64,000 bases of DNA, taken from the NCBI RefSeq assembly GCF_009914755.1, contig NC_060939.1; one strand, given 5' to 3'. Shown one piece after another: positions 18,429-34,776 of the stretch. The stretch is from the human T2T-CHM13v2.0 reference genome, Homo sapiens. Below the pieces are notes generated by a model. It ran no database searches. It saw only the letters and a program-made list of their open reading frames with translations, and had not been told where the DNA came from. Numbering within the stretch: position 1 is the stretch's first letter; each line of letters begins with the position of its first letter. The translations under genes were made by a program, and so were the position numbers.

Positions 18429-19011
18429 CTTTGTGGTTTTATCTACTTTTGGTCTTTGATGATGGTGATGTACACATGGGTTCTTGGTGTGGATGTCCTT
18501 TCTGTTTTTTAGTTTTCCTTCTAACAGACAGTACCCTCAGTTTCAGGTCTGTTGGAGTTTTCTAGAGGCCCATTCCCGACCCTGTTTGCCTGGGTATCAG
18601 CAGTGGTGTCTGCAAAACCGTGGATTTTCATGATCCGCGAATGCTGCTGTCTGATCGTTCCTCTGGAAGTTTTGTCTCAGAGGAGTACCTGGTCGTGTGA
18701 GGTGTCAGTCTGCCCCTGCTAGGGGGCGCCTCCCAGTTAGGCTGCTCGGGGGTCAGGGGTCAGGGACCCACTTGAGGAGGCAGTCTGCCCATTCTCAGAT
18801 CTCCAGCTGTGTGCTGGGAGAACCACTGCTCTCCTCAAAGCTGTCAGACAGGGACATTTAAGTCTGCAGAGGTTACTGCTGTCTTTTTGTTTGTCTGTGT
18901 CCTGCCCCCAGAGGTGGAGCCTGCAGAGGCAGGCAGGCCTCCTTGAGCTGTGGTGGGCTCCACCCAGTTCGAGCTTCCAGGCTGCTTTGTTTACCTAAGA
19001 GAGCCTGGGCA

Positions 19012-19245
19012 ATGGCCGGTGCCCCTCCCCCAGCCTCGCTGCTGCCTTGCAGTTTGATCTCAGACTGCTGTGTTAGCAATCATCGAGACTCCATGGGCAT
19101 AGGACCTTCTGAGCCAGGAGCGGGATATAATCTCGTGGTGTGCCATTTCCTAAGCCCGTCAGAAAAGCTCAGTATTAGGGTGGCAGTGGCCCGATTTTCC
19201 AGGTGCCATCTGTCACCCCTTTCCTTGACCAGGAAAGGGAACTAA
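19012..19245 (+). CDS. L1 antisense ORF0 (77 aa, open)
   Basis: gcaATGg Kozak context; MAGAPPPASLLPCSLISDCCVSNHRDSMGIGPSEPG... matches the primate L1 ORF0 peptide as I recall it; expression unknown. Confidence 0.6.
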   Translation: MAGAPPPASLLPCSLISDCCVSNHRDSMGIGPSEPGAGYNLVVCHFLSPSEKLSIRVAVARFSRCHLSPLSLTRKGN

Positions 19246-19561
19246 CTTCCTGACCCCTTGCACTTCCCGAGTGAGGCAATGCCTTGCCCTGCTTTGGCTA
19301 GTGCACAGTGCACTTCACCCACTGTCCTGCACCCACTGTCTGGCACTCCCTAGTGAGATGAACCCAGTACCTCAAATGGAAATGCAGAAATCACCCATCT
19401 TCTGCATCGCTCATGCTGGGAGCTGTAGACCGGAGCTGTTCCTATTCGGCCATCTTGGCTCCTCCTCCCATTATTTTTTAATATTTTCTGAAAATCTTCT
19501 TTAAAGAGAGAAAGCCAAATGTCACCCACTTTTTCATAAAACCTTACAGGCAAATCTATTA

Positions 19562-19857
19562 TTCTTTTCTTTTTTGAGATGGATTTTCCCTCTTGTTGCT
19601 CAGGCTGGAGTGCAATGGTGCGATCTCGGTTTACTGCAACCCCCTGCCTCCCAGGTTCAAGTGATTCTCCGGCCCCAGCCTCCTGAGTAGCTGGGATTAG
19701 AGGCATGCCCCACCATGCCCAGCTAATTTTGTGTTTTTAGTAGAGACGGGGTTTTTCCTTGTTGGTCAGGCTGGCCTTGAACTCCTGACCTCATGTGATC
19801 CACCTGCCTCGGCCTCCCCAAGTGTTGAGATTACAGCTGTGAGCCACTGCCCCGGGC
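19562..19857 (-). mobile_element. Alu (AluSp/Sq-like)
   Basis: Antisense Alu dimer; followed by a ~30-bp stub of a second Alu 3' end (19860-19893). Confidence 0.93.
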
Positions 19858-20796
19858 CATTTTTTTTTAAAGATAGCGTCTTGCTCTGTCACCCTCCTCA
19901 CCACATTATAGCTCTGGGGGCCAAGCTGCATCACAATGGAAATCATGGAGCCACAGGAAGAATCCACTTAGCTTTGCAAGATGCTGCCCAAGGGGTTGCT
20001 TGGAGTAACCAAATTAACATTTTTCATTCTGCTCAGAGCAAAATATATGTGACAAAACATAGACACGAGCCACTTTGCTTAGCACCCAGTGTCAAACTGG
20101 TAAGACTCAAACTTGCTCCCAGATAGGCCATGCCATCTCTAAATCTTTTTAGAAGCTTCTGCATGTTAATAGGCATCCCTAGATGAGACTAATTTGGGAG
20201 CCATCATTTTTAAATGCACTTCAGGGCATTATTCATTTGGAATGTTACACTATAAGTTATCTTTAGTAAGATTTTGCCATTTCTGTAAGACTTTGCTGCT
20301 TCCCAGGCCTAATGAATTAGCCAGAAAGAACTTAGTTTTCCAGAAATTAAGGATCCTATTTTTACCTAATATATTGGCTTTACTCTCAGGTTCCCTTGAT
20401 TGACTTAGCCAATGATTTTTTTTCCTACCTAAGCGTGTGAGGAAAATGAAACAAAGGGGCAGAACACAAAAATCCCCGTGAATTTCCAAAAGCCAAATTT
20501 TACAACCCTCCAATATTATCATTTACTACCACTTTCCTTCTGACCCATTCAGATGTAGGAGGCCTCTAACTGGAACTGGATTCAAGCCAGTTAATTACTG
20601 GATCAAATCTGATCCTGGACCCGGTCCCGTTTCTGTCATAACTTCTAAAACATCCAGCCAGTCATGGCTGGATAGCAGTTTGGAACAGAAATTTGCTCAG
20701 AGAAACTCAGCTCAAAACACAAATTCATGGAGCTCTGAAATCCGAGAGAGAATTTACCACGATCCCCAGATGCTCTGAGAGGTCAAAGGGCACAAG

Positions 20797-22058
20797 TGTT
20801 ACAGAATCCTGAGGCGTCACTTTTCTGCCTGAAACCTCTGGCTGGTGGCGCCTTTACCTGTGTTTTGCTCGGGCCCACTGGGTTCGTTCTGTCCACTTGG
20901 CTCATGCTAGTGGTCTGGATCCCACACCTGCCAAGGGTGAGCTGGGTACAGAGCAGTGAAGGGTGTGTGAGCAAGCGAGCATGGGATCTGGCCACTGCAC
21001 ACAGCCAAGCATGCCAGCTGCAGTGGGGTGGGCAGCTCCAGGCACCGCCACAGGTGCCAGCTCCCTGTGAGGCTGCAGCTGGACCAGGCTGACTGCAAAC
21101 AGCTTCCACTGTGGGTATCAGGGAATGCAGCGGTGCCTGGAAGCTTCGAGATGCAGGAACTGCAGAGCCCCAAATAAGGTGTCACAGCCCTGGCTTGGGG
21201 AGCTCCTAGGTCTGGGCTCCCTGAAGGGCCACAGCTCTTCTCTCCTTCTCTCTTCTCTTCTTCTTGCCTGCAATTTGGCAAGCAAGGGGTGCATTTCAGC
21301 CCTGTTTATGTTACACCTCTTTCAGCCCTGCTAGTTGGCAGGTCCCAAGTTCTTGTCCTGAGTCCAGGAAGAATGAGGTATGTGGGCAAGTAGAAGGTGA
21401 GCAAGGTGAAGAGGTGCTTTATTGAGCAACAGTACAGCTCAGAGGAGACGTGCAGTGGGTAGCTCCTTTCGGCAGGCAGGTCATCCCAATGTCTGTTCAG
21501 CTCTCAGCAGCTGAGAGAGATGCATGGTGGTTAGCTATGCCCACAGTGCCCAGGCTTTTCGAGCTGAGGAGTGCCTTCAAGCCAGTGCTGAGCCACTCTT
21601 AGCCCCACCTCAACGTCCCTCCTGTGCTCATCAGTTCCCAAAGTGTGGAGGGGGCCGAGGTGGCAGGGGGCTGGCATGTCAGCACTGCCCTGAGCTTGCA
21701 CAAACTGGGCTGGGTTGCGACTGTGCCTGGGTTCAACCTCAATTTGGATCCGAAGTTGGAGTGGGCTCTGGGAGCGGAGACATGCCAGGTGGTGGGAGCA
21801 GGTATGACTGGGCCTACGGGGGCAGGGGGGCTTGCTGGGCCTCTGAGAGTGCAAAGATGCCCGGGCTTGCTGTCATGGGTGGATGGCTGCAGCTGTGCCT
21901 GGGAGGGTGGGGCTCCTGCCTGCCAATTTAGAAGGGGTGGGTCTCTCACCTGTTCCTGGCTCCCACTAACTTTGAGGAGTTCACAGCCCCAGCCACTCCT
22001 CCCCACTGCAGCCAGTGTCTCTGTAGCAACTGCTCCACATGGGCCACTGCTGCCATCA
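20797..22058 (-). mobile_element. MER52-type long GC-rich LTR inserted in the provirus leader
   Basis: TG...CA termini (- strand starts tgatggcagcagtggccc); ~1.26 kb GC-rich sequence typical of MER52; TSD not recognisable. Confidence 0.75.
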
Positions 22059-22178
22059 TAGAGCGGTCCTTGCAGGTGCCTTTCTTGTACCTCAGCACTC
22101 CTGAGGGTCATTAGAAGCCCTAGCAACACTGCTCACCACACTATAGCTCCGGAGGCCCTAGCAGTCCTGCTCCCACAG

Positions 22179-22196
22179 ATCCCACTTCTGACACCA
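22179..22196 (-). other. Retroviral primer-binding site, tRNA-Leu(CAA)
   Basis: - strand TGGTGTCAGAAGTGGGAT, 2 nt after the 5' LTR; complementary to the tRNA-Leu-CAA 3' end ATCCCACTTCTGACACCA. Confidence 0.85.
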
Positions 22197-22198
22197 TC

Positions 22199-22675
22199 TA
22201 TTAAAAGAAAATCTTCAGCTGAATTAAATTTAAAGGAACTTAATTGAGCAATGAATGATTCACGAATCAGGCAGCCCCCAGAATCACAGCAGATTCGGTG
22301 AGACTCCAGCACAGCTACATGGTGGAAGATTTATAGACAATAAAGGGAACGTGATGTACAGAAATCTGAAGTGAGGAGTGAGGTCCAGAAGCAACTGGGT
22401 CCGTTACAGTTCTCAGCAGTGAGGTCCAGAAACAACTGGACTGGTTACAGTGCTCAGCATTTGCCTTATTTGAACACAGCTGAACACTCAGTAGTGTGTG
22501 AGTGGCAGAAGTTTGGCTGTTGGGATTGGCCAGGACTCAGCTATAGTTACAGGTGCATACTCCAAAGTTAGGTTATCAGTCTTTCTACCTATTAAGTTAG
22601 GTTGCAGTTTGTCCACAGGGACTCAAATCTAGAAGTACAGAGTCCTTCCCAGGCCATATTTAGTTCACTGTAACA
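22199..22675 (-). mobile_element. 5' LTR of the MER57-type provirus
   Basis: Collinear with 8358-8757 (cagaatcacagcagattc, gggattggcca, aggccata.ttagttcac); carries an extra ~40-bp tandem duplication at ~22377-22460. Confidence 0.85.
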
Positions 22676-23074
22676 GTTCCTATTATTACCTCACTGACAG
22701 TTCTTTTTCTCTGAATTTTCCTTTCTTCTCAACAGCTTGTCCAAATGTTCCATTGGTCCCTGTTCATCCCGCCCTGCAGCTCTCCTTGACTGATTCTGCT
22801 CTTTGTGGTTTGCAGTCCTGTTTCTCTACAGCTTGGACCCCTTCAATCTTTCCATCATAGGTTTAACTCTCTGTTGAATTCTTATTTGTAGCTACGCAAA
22901 TGTTACCTTAAGCTAAAAAAATTCAAAGTGAAAGCCACATCCTCCTCTCTTCCCTTATGTGTATGGTATTACTACCATGCAGCCAGTGACCCAAAATGGG
23001 ATTTTTTCTGGGCTTTTCTTGCTTAGATTCAGGCTCATCTGGTGTCAAGCCTTGTTACTTTTGTTTCCTTGTTC

Positions 23075-23380
<306 letters not shown>

Positions 23381-24109
23381 TGCTTGTTGTTTTCATCTCA
23401 TCCTGATTTCTGAATACAGGAGAGGAGCTGAGTTGGTGTTCACTAACAAGCACAGAAGCTTTGTTACATTTACAGTGTCATTCTTGGCAAAACCTGAATG
23501 GTATGTTTGTGGGGTGATGAGTTTCAGTCCCCTGTGACCTGTGCATCTGGCCAACACTGTGGTGACATCCTTAGGAATCCATGGGGAGAGACAAAGCATT
23601 CAGGAGTTAGTGGGTCACGTTTGACAAGGGCCAATAAAGAAATATGCAAAGACAAAAAACAAGAAGAACATTATCATATTTTATACCTTTTGTTTATATA
23701 AATTTATGTCAATGATTCTAGCTTATGTTAATATGCAATGTATACAATATGCTAACATATACAATATATGTTTATAGTTTAAACATTTCTGTCATGTTTT
23801 CAGATTCTTTAAAGATTACATTACACTTCCTATTTCAGATAGCTGTTTAAAATGAGTAAGGAAAAACGGATGTGTGCATCAGTTCTAACTGTTTATGGAC
23901 TAAAACTAGTTGATTTCTTGGTTAAGAACAAAAAGTGACAACCTAATTAACTGAAAATTTTAAGTAGGCAATTATGGTTTTAGCTTTAATGTAAAATATT
24001 AACTATGCTCCATTCTTGCATTTTTAACCTAATACTCAATATAAATCGCCACATGCCATGTTTCAGATCAAGGTTCTACTTGTGATCTCTCATGAGTTTT
24101 TCAAGGTTT

Positions 24110-26170
24110 TAATTATCTGAGATGTAACAATGTACCCGTAACCTTACTGGCTTAAACCAGGAATTTATTCTTTTTACATGTCACAATTTTCTGGGTCAAG
24201 ACACTGGACAGAGCAGTGTGGGTTGGTTGCTTCATGATGTCCCTGGTCTCATCTGGAAGGACTCTAGTGGCTGGAGATGTGAAGCAGGCACCCAGAAGGA
24301 CTCTAGTGGCTGGGAACATGGAGCAGGCACCCAGCCCTCTCTTTGTGGCCAGCACGGACTTCCTTCCAGTCTGGTAGCATCAGGTAGTCAGGTTTGTCTG
24401 GCTTCTCCCAGGGTGTGTGTCCAAGAGGCCCAGGCAGAAGCTGTAAGGTCTCTCATGATCATCCCTCAGAAGTCCCAGAGCATCTCTCCTGCCACACTGT
24501 CCAGTTGTACTCATCACTGAGACCAGCCATGATTCAAGGGGGAAAGGTGATTAGATTCCACCTCTTGATGAGAAGCATAGTAGGAACCTGCAGCAGTCTT
24601 TAATAAACCACAGCTTGTCCTCTGGCCACAAACTATTAACGTTTCTCCCACATGCAAATTATGCTTTGCCCCTCTAAAGAGCCCCAGAATGGTTTTCCTT
24701 ATGGCACTGGCTAGTAGCCCAACTGAATCCTGAATCAGGTTGTGGTGGCTTGTCATCTGCACCCACACACACTCAGCTGCAGTGAGGACTGAATCAGGTT
24801 GTGGTGGCCTGTCATCTGACCCCCCACACACAGCCACAGTGGGGACTGAATCAGGTTGTTGTGAGCTATCATCTGAGCCCACAAACTCAGCCGCAGTGAG
24901 GGGACTGCTGTGAAAACAGTCGACATTTCCCTTTAGAAGCTTTGGTGGGAGGCAAGAGGGAAGTACTGCCCTGCAGGCCCCGTCTAACAGTTGGTCATTC
25001 CCATGGGGCGCCTGTTACAGTTCTGTGATTAGTGCCCAGTCCTGGTCCCTGAAAACGGTGCCCAGTCCTGGTCCCTGAGAATGGTGTTTGTGTCCTTTTA
25101 CTCCTCCCTCTGGGCTTTTGTCATTCTCCATGTTCTTTTTCCTTCAGTGCCTGGGTTGCCGTTGACCAGCTTTCCCTGCCTTTTTCTTATGGTCAATAGG
25201 GTATTCAATGGCTTCTTTTTCATTTTTTTCCTTTTCTTTTCTTTTCTTTTTTTTTACTTTGGCCTTTTGAGACAAGAAATTATTTCTTTATATTTTCTCT
25301 AAATTCTGTTTGAAAACTGAACCTTCTTCTTTAGATCATGTCCCTCTCCTGTCATATTTATTCAGTGACAGTTAGGGGAGGCTGGTAGCACTTTCCATGT
25401 TCTTCCCAGATGTCTCCTTAGGCAGATCCCTGAGATGGTGCAGTGCCCTTTCAGTTTCCATGTTGTGGCCATAGTTTTCCCACAGTCCCTCAGCAAGTAA
25501 CTCTCAGACCTTTTCTCCAGTTTCCAATGACATTTTCTCACCGTCCTTCAGGCCCTGACCAAGAGTCTTGATGCCCTTCCAGGTTGCATGAATGGTCTCC
25601 TTGAGGCCCAGTTACAGGTCAGCCTCACAGTCGTGTCACATATTGTAGCTTCTGATTACCACAGCAGCTCATTTCCAGCTGCCATATTCTGTTCCAGTTA
25701 TCTATTCTGAAGTAAAACAACTCATTATTACTTGTTTTTTGGCTTAGAGAGTCTTGGTGGCCAGCTCATCTCACACACAGTTGCAGCCAAGCTGGATTGT
25801 GTGAAAGCACAGTGGGGTGGTGTGCAGGGTGGCTCACTAGTGGTTGGGAGTGGATGTTGCTGGAGGCTCACTAGTTGTTGGGAGTCGGTGTTGCTGGAGG
25901 CTCAGTGGGGGATGTCAATGCGTGTAGCTAGTCATGGACTGGCCTTGTGGTTTCCATCATGAGGTCTCAGGGGAGTGGGATTTCCTGCCTGGTGACTGGC
26001 TTTCTCCTGGGTAAGTGTTCTGTTTTCTCAGCCTGGCTTCTGAAGTCCCCAAATACCAGCTTTGTCACCTTCTGTTGGCCAAATAAGTCTGTAGTCTGGT
26101 CAAGGTTTAAGGGGAATTGGTTCTCACAGAGAGAGGAGCAGGAAAGAATTTGTCACCTTTAGTCTACCAG
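24110..26170. mobile_element. Old MaLR (MLT1-type) LTR/internal/LTR remnants
   Basis: Two diverged MLT-like LTR segments (~24110-24600, ~25690-26170) sharing ...gaagtccca..., with MaLR-internal-like sequence between; boundaries approximate. Confidence 0.5.
24731..24906. repeat. Three tandem copies of a 57-59-bp unit
   Basis: TGAATCAGGTTGT...TCATCTG...GCAGTGAGGAC-type units starting at 24731, 24790 and 24847. Confidence 0.9.
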
Positions 26171-26984
26171 AAATGAGATTTTTATAACAAGTTTATTCCA
26201 AATACATTCCAGTTCCCCTTGTGAATACTTTTTTGACTCACAGGGTATTTCAAAGTTTATTACTTGGTTTTCAGACATTTGAGGCTTTTCTGGATATCAA
26301 TTTGTTGTTGGTTTCTAATTTAATTTCAAGTGTTCAGACAACATCCTTTGTATACTATTTCAGGCTTGAACCTTTTCTCAATCCATCGACATACAGTCTA
26401 TCTTGGCACTGCCAAGTACCATTTGGGTCAGGATTTTGTCATTTAGATCCGTATTTTTCCTATATTTTTATCTGGTTGTTCCGTCAGTTACTGAGAGAGC
26501 AGTATTAATTCACCAGCTATAATTTTGGATTGTCAATTTCCTGCTTTTGTTCTGTTGTTTTTGATTCACATACTTTGAGGCTCTGTGTGTGTGTGTGTAG
26601 TTTGTGTGCACTTTGAGGCACAATTTATAATTGTAACATCATCCTCTCTGATTCTTTTATTTTTATTAAATTACCCTGTTTATTTCTGGTGATATATTTT
26701 GTTCTGAAGCCTCTTTCATCTAGTGTTAACATCTCTGTTGAAGCTTTTTATGATTAGTGTCTGGATAGCATATTTTTATGTTTAATCTGCATAGCATATT
26801 TTTTCTCATACTTTGTGTCTTTGTGTTTAAATTGTGTCTCTGTGGATGCCATATTGTTGGGTCTTGCCTTCCTCTCAGGTCTGGCAGTCTCTGTCTTAAG
26901 TAGAGTATTTGTCCACTTACATTGTAACTAATCATTGCTAAGGTTGGATTTAGGTCTGCCATTTTTCTACTTATTTTCTATTTG

Positions 26985-27279
26985 TTTGTTTATTTTTTTT
27001 AAGACAGGGTCTTGTTCTGTCACCCAGACTGTAGTGCAATGGTGCAATCTTGGCTCACTGCAACCTCTGCCTCCCAGGCCCAACCAATCCTCACTTGAGC
27101 CCCCTGAGTAGCTGGGACTACAGGTGCATGGCACCACACCTGGCTAATTTTTATATTTTTGTAGAGATAGGGTTTTGCCATGTTGCACAGGCTGGTCTTG
27201 AACTACTGAGCTCAAGCAATCTACCCACCTTGGCCTCCCAAAGTGTTCAGATTACAGGCATGAGCCACCATGCCTGGCC
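26985..27279 (-). mobile_element. Alu (AluJ-like)
   Basis: Diverged antisense Alu dimer. Confidence 0.92.
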
Positions 27280-27390
27280 TTCGTCTGTCTTTTGATCTTC
27301 TATATATTCTTTCCTAACTTCTTTTGGGTTAAATATTTCTAAATATTCCAGTTTGATTAATCTTTTGGCTTTTGGAAATAATTTTTTATA

Positions 27391-27689
<299 letters not shown>

Positions 27690-29586
27690 TTATAAATAAT
27701 TTATAATTTCGAATTTTGGTAACAAACACATACCTTAAAATTTACCATCATAACCAGTTGTAAGTATACAGTTTTGTAGAGTTAAGAATATTTACATTGT
27801 TGTGTAGCAGATTTCTAGATTTTTTTTTATCTTAGAAAACTCTATACCCATTCAACAACTATTAATTTCCCCTTCCTTCCACCTCCTGGCAAGTACTATT
27901 CTACTTTGTGTTTCTAAAAATTTGGCTTATATACCTAGGGTTATATAATATTTGTTTTTTAAGTAGGTTCCATGTTATGTGCAGATGTGTCAGGATTTTC
28001 TTCCTTTCTATGGCTGAATAATATTTCTTCATATATATATATTTTCTCTCTCTATATATATATATGTATATTCTTTTGTTTATCCATCTATTCCTGGATG
28101 GACGTTTTGGTTTCTTCCACCTCGTGGCTATGTAATGCTCCTGTGAACACAGGTGTGCACATATCTGTTTGAGGTCCTGCTACTAGTTATTCTGTCTCTG
28201 TAGAAGTTGGATGGCTGGATCATATGGTCATTTTATTTTATTTTTTTGAGGAGCCAGTTAATATTTCCACCAACAGTGTTCAAGTGTTTCAGTTTCACCT
28301 GCACTTGTTACTTTCTGTTGGGTTTGAAGTGATGTCCCATTGTGGTTTCTATTTGCATTTCTCTAATGATTAGTGAAGTTACACATCTTCTCATATATCT
28401 CATGTATCTGTTGGCTATTTGTATATCATCTTTGCATCTTTGGATGAATGTTCTTTGTCCATTTTTTAATCACTTTATTTTGTTGTGTTGTAGCTGGGTT
28501 TTTTGGTCATGAGCATTCATTTATCTCACAGTTCATTCTTGTTACTTGGGCCAGGGTCATGATCATTCATTATCTCTCAGTTCATCCTCATTACGTTGGG
28601 CAAACAGTCATGCTGCAGGGTATAGATTATGTTATTCTGTTACTTTCAGGTAGAATTCGGGTCTAGGTTCTAATTGTTTCTAAGTTTAGATTCTGAATGA
28701 GAATCAGCAGAGGTAGACCACTGCTGCTGAGGCCTGGGGATTGCTGGGAAAAAGGCAGGAAACAGATACTGACCTGACCATGGAGGGTTTATGTTTCACG
28801 GCTCCCATCTGGGTACCCAAGGAACCTACATGTAGCTCGTGTGTGGAGAGCCTACATTGCCCACTCAAAGCAATTGAGGATGGAACAGTCTTGGGGCTGG
28901 AGCTCATTATTTGGAATGATAACCACATCTGAACAGAGAGGACCTGATAAGATGTTGTCCTTCCATGTATATCTGGGAATCCTGTGTAGGGTCTCTCTGT
29001 AAGGACAGGGGCAGTGTTGGCTCCTTGGCCTCTAGTTAGCTTCACAAGTAGTCTAGTAAAGGCTTTGCAAACTTGTCACCATCTGTGGACATTCTGGCCA
29101 GCTCTTGTTTTCACCCTACTGACTTCTTCAGACACTAGGCTTTTGCTTTAGACCATTCATGGTTTTCTTCCTCTTCAAATCAGTAATCAATAAATCGCCT
29201 TCAAGTCAATAAATTTCCACTCCTTTAGGAAACCCTGATCTTCTGGTCACACCAAGGTTTAATTAACTGGTTTGATTGTTTTTCTGTTTTCTTGGATTTT
29301 TTTTCCTTCTTCCTGGGGGTTTCTAGTAATTCTAGTTTGATGTCTCACTTTCTCCATTTTTTATTTCTTAGTTTTCTTCTGTGATTATTTTCACTGCAGC
29401 TGCAGGGCCTAATCCTGGATTGGCAGAGAACAAGCACTTACTCTGCCCTAATTGGAATCCAGGAGAGATAGCAGGTTCCCTAGTGTGAAAATGTGTTTGC
29501 TCCTCTCTGCTTCTGGTAGTCTCTCTGTAGGAGTTCTTTACGCATTCTGAATGTTCACTTCTTATGAGATACATGATGTGCAACTA

Positions 29587-29799
29587 TAGGTTGAATGTCT
29601 CTGATCCAAAAATCTGAAATCCCAAATGCTCCAAAGTCTGAAACTTTTTGAGTGCCAACATGACACTCAAAGGAAATGCTTATTGGAGCATCTCAGACTC
29701 AGGTGTTTGAATTCGAGATGCTCAACCAGTAAGAATAATGCAAATATTACAAAATCTGAAACACATCCCAAGCATTTCAAATAAGGGACACTCAACTGG
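29587..29799. mobile_element. Tigger4a/MER46A (Zombi) non-autonomous DNA transposon
   Basis: Terminal inverted repeats taggttgaatgtctct / agggacactcaactgg flanked by TA; internal ctccaaa...aaactttttgagtgccaacatgacactcaaaggaaatgc. Confidence 0.8.
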
Positions 29800-30527
29800 T
29801 ATTTTTTTTTATTTTACAGTTTGCCTTTTACCCTGTTGGTTGTGACCTTTGAGGTACAGAAGTTTTTAGGTTTGATATATTTTTGCTTTTACTGCCTGAG
29901 CTTTTAATGTCATATCCTAAAAATTATTGACAAATTCATCGTCATAAAGCATTTTCCAAATTTGTTTTCCCTAGGAGTTTGATAGTTCTAGTTTTACATT
30001 TAGGTTTATAATTCACTTTGAATTGATTTTAACGTGGTGTAAGGTAAGAGTCCAACTTCATTGTTTTGCATGTAGTTATACAATTTTCCCATCACCACTT
30101 GTTGAAGAAACTGTGCTTTTCCATTGAGTGGTCTTGGCATCCTTCTGGAAGATCATCGGACCATATATGCCAGGGTTGGTTTCTGAGGTCTCTGTTGTGT
30201 TGGTCCATAAGTGTGTCAAGAGTGTCTTTATGCCATGACCACATTTTTTTTTTGGCTTATTGCAGTTTTGTAATTGCTTTGAGACCTTTAATTTTGTTCT
30301 GTTTCAAGATTGATTTGCCTATTCATGGGCCCTGGAGATTCCATATGAGTTTTAGGATAGGTTTTTCTGTTTATCAAAAATGTCATTGGAATCTTTATAA
30401 GGATTGTATTGAATCTAGGTCACTTCGAGTAGTGTTGACATCATTTCAAGATGAAATCATCTAATTTGCAAACCCAGCTTTTCTTTTCATTTATTTGTGT
30501 TTAATTTCTTTTAACAGTGTTTTGTAG

Positions 30528-31287
<760 letters not shown>

Positions 31288-32642
31288 TCTTTTTAAAATT
31301 TTATTTGCAGATTGTTCATTGTTAGTTTATAGAAATGGAACTGACTTGTGTGTGTTACTGTATCCTGAAACTTTGTTGAATTTCATTATTCTACCAGTAT
31401 TTTGTGGAATTTCAGGATTTTTACACATTACATCATGTTGTCTGTGAACAAAATTTTGTACTTTTTCCTTTCCAATTTGCATGCTTTTTATTACTTTCTC
31501 TTGCCTAATTATTCTGAGTAGAAATTCCAGTACTGTGGTGAATAGAAGTGGCAGGAAAAGATGTTGCTATCTTATTCCTGATCCTAGAGGAAAAGATTTT
31601 AGTTTTTCACCATTCAGTATGATGTTAGCTGTGAGCTTTTCATGTACAATCTTTATTTACTGAGGAGTTTCCATATATTACTAATTCTTTGAGTGTTTTT
31701 ATTACAAAAGGTGTTCATCTGGCTCTGGAACCAGATAAATGTTGACCTGATAGAATGGATTGGAATGTCCCCTTCTGGTTTTTGAACATTTTTGGAATAT
31801 TTTGCAAAGGGCTGGCATTAATTCTTCTTGAAATGTTTGGTAAAATTTTCCAGTGAAGTTATCTGGACCTGGAATTTTCTTTTTTGGGGGGTTTTTGATT
31901 ACTGGTTGAATCTTCTTACTAGTTACAGGTCTCTTTGGATTTTTTATTTCTCCATGATGCAGTATGGTGGTTTGTGTTTCTAGGAATTTATAAATTTTTC
32001 TAGGTTGCCCAGTTCTGTGGCATATGGTTGCTTACATTAGTCTCTTGTAATCTTTTTCATTTCTGTGGAATCTGTTGTACTGTCACTTCTTTTATTTATG
32101 ATTTTAGTATTTGAGATTTCTCTTTTTTTCTTAATATAGCTGTGAGTTTTAAAATTTTTATTGATCTTTAAAAAAACAAACTCAGTGGTTTTTTTTTTCC
32201 TTTTTTTCTGGTCTTATTCTGCTTATCTCTGTTCTAATCTGTTATTTTCTTCCTTTTGCTTGGTTTGTCATTAGTTTTTTTTTTTTTTTTCCCTTTAGGT
32301 GTAATGTTAGGTTATTGATTTGAGATCTTTCTTCTTTTTAATTTGATCACCTGCAGCTATAAGCTTCCCTTTAGCATGGCTTTGAGATCTTTCTTCTTTT
32401 TAATTTAAGCATCTGCGGCTGTAAGCTTCCCTTTAGCACTGCCTTTGTTGCCTCCTCCTGAGTTTGGGTATGTCATGGTTTTGTTTTCATTTGCTTAAAC
32501 ATTTTTTTTTGTCCTATTGTAATATAATTGTGTTGTTTTCAATAGAGGTAATTAATGAAACACATAATGAATTGTGCTTCTGTTTTTATAATATTTTAAG
32601 CATTCTTAACTCAGAAATGTAAATTTTAGAAAAAAATTCCAT

Positions 32643-32982
<340 letters not shown>

Positions 32983-33100
32983 TCAATTTAGAAACTATGA
33001 TCTCCTAAGTGTATTGACACAGCAACCTGACATAAAGATAAAGAATAATAAGTATATAACAAAACGGAAACTTGCAAATACCTTTTTTAATTAATTTTTA

Positions 33101-33713
<613 letters not shown>

Positions 33714-33752
33714 CTAAGGTGTGGTTGACATACAAAAATTACACATATTTAA

Positions 33753-34075
<323 letters not shown>

Positions 34076-34200
34076 GAATATATACATCTTAATGAGTTTA
34101 GAGATAAGTATTCGCCCCAGGACTCATCACAACAAATAATGCCGTAAACTTGACCATCACTCCCCATATATTTCTCATTCTGACCCTTTTTAAAAAATGA

Positions 34201-34531
<331 letters not shown>

Positions 34532-34776
34532 TTATTTTAAGTGTACAATACAGGACGGCCATGCATCAGAGATATATGTGGGTTTGGTTCCAGACCACTG
34601 CAATAAAGTGAGTTATACAATTTCTTTTGGTTTTCCAGTGCATGTAAAAGTATGTTTATACTGTGCTGTATAAAGTGTGCAATAGCATATGTCTACAAAG
34701 TGTTCACACTTTAATTTACAAATACTTTATTGTTAACAAGTGCTAACAGTCATCTGAGCCTTCAGAAAGCTGCAAT

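Noticed and set aside
20783-22129. Cluster of overlapping 100-176-aa ORFs
   Set aside because: All lie in the GC-rich MER52-type LTR, where stop codons are rare; no protein motifs
22179-22196. tRNA-Leu gene
   Set aside because: Only the 18-nt 3' end including CCA is present, next to an LTR; this is a PBS, not a tRNA gene
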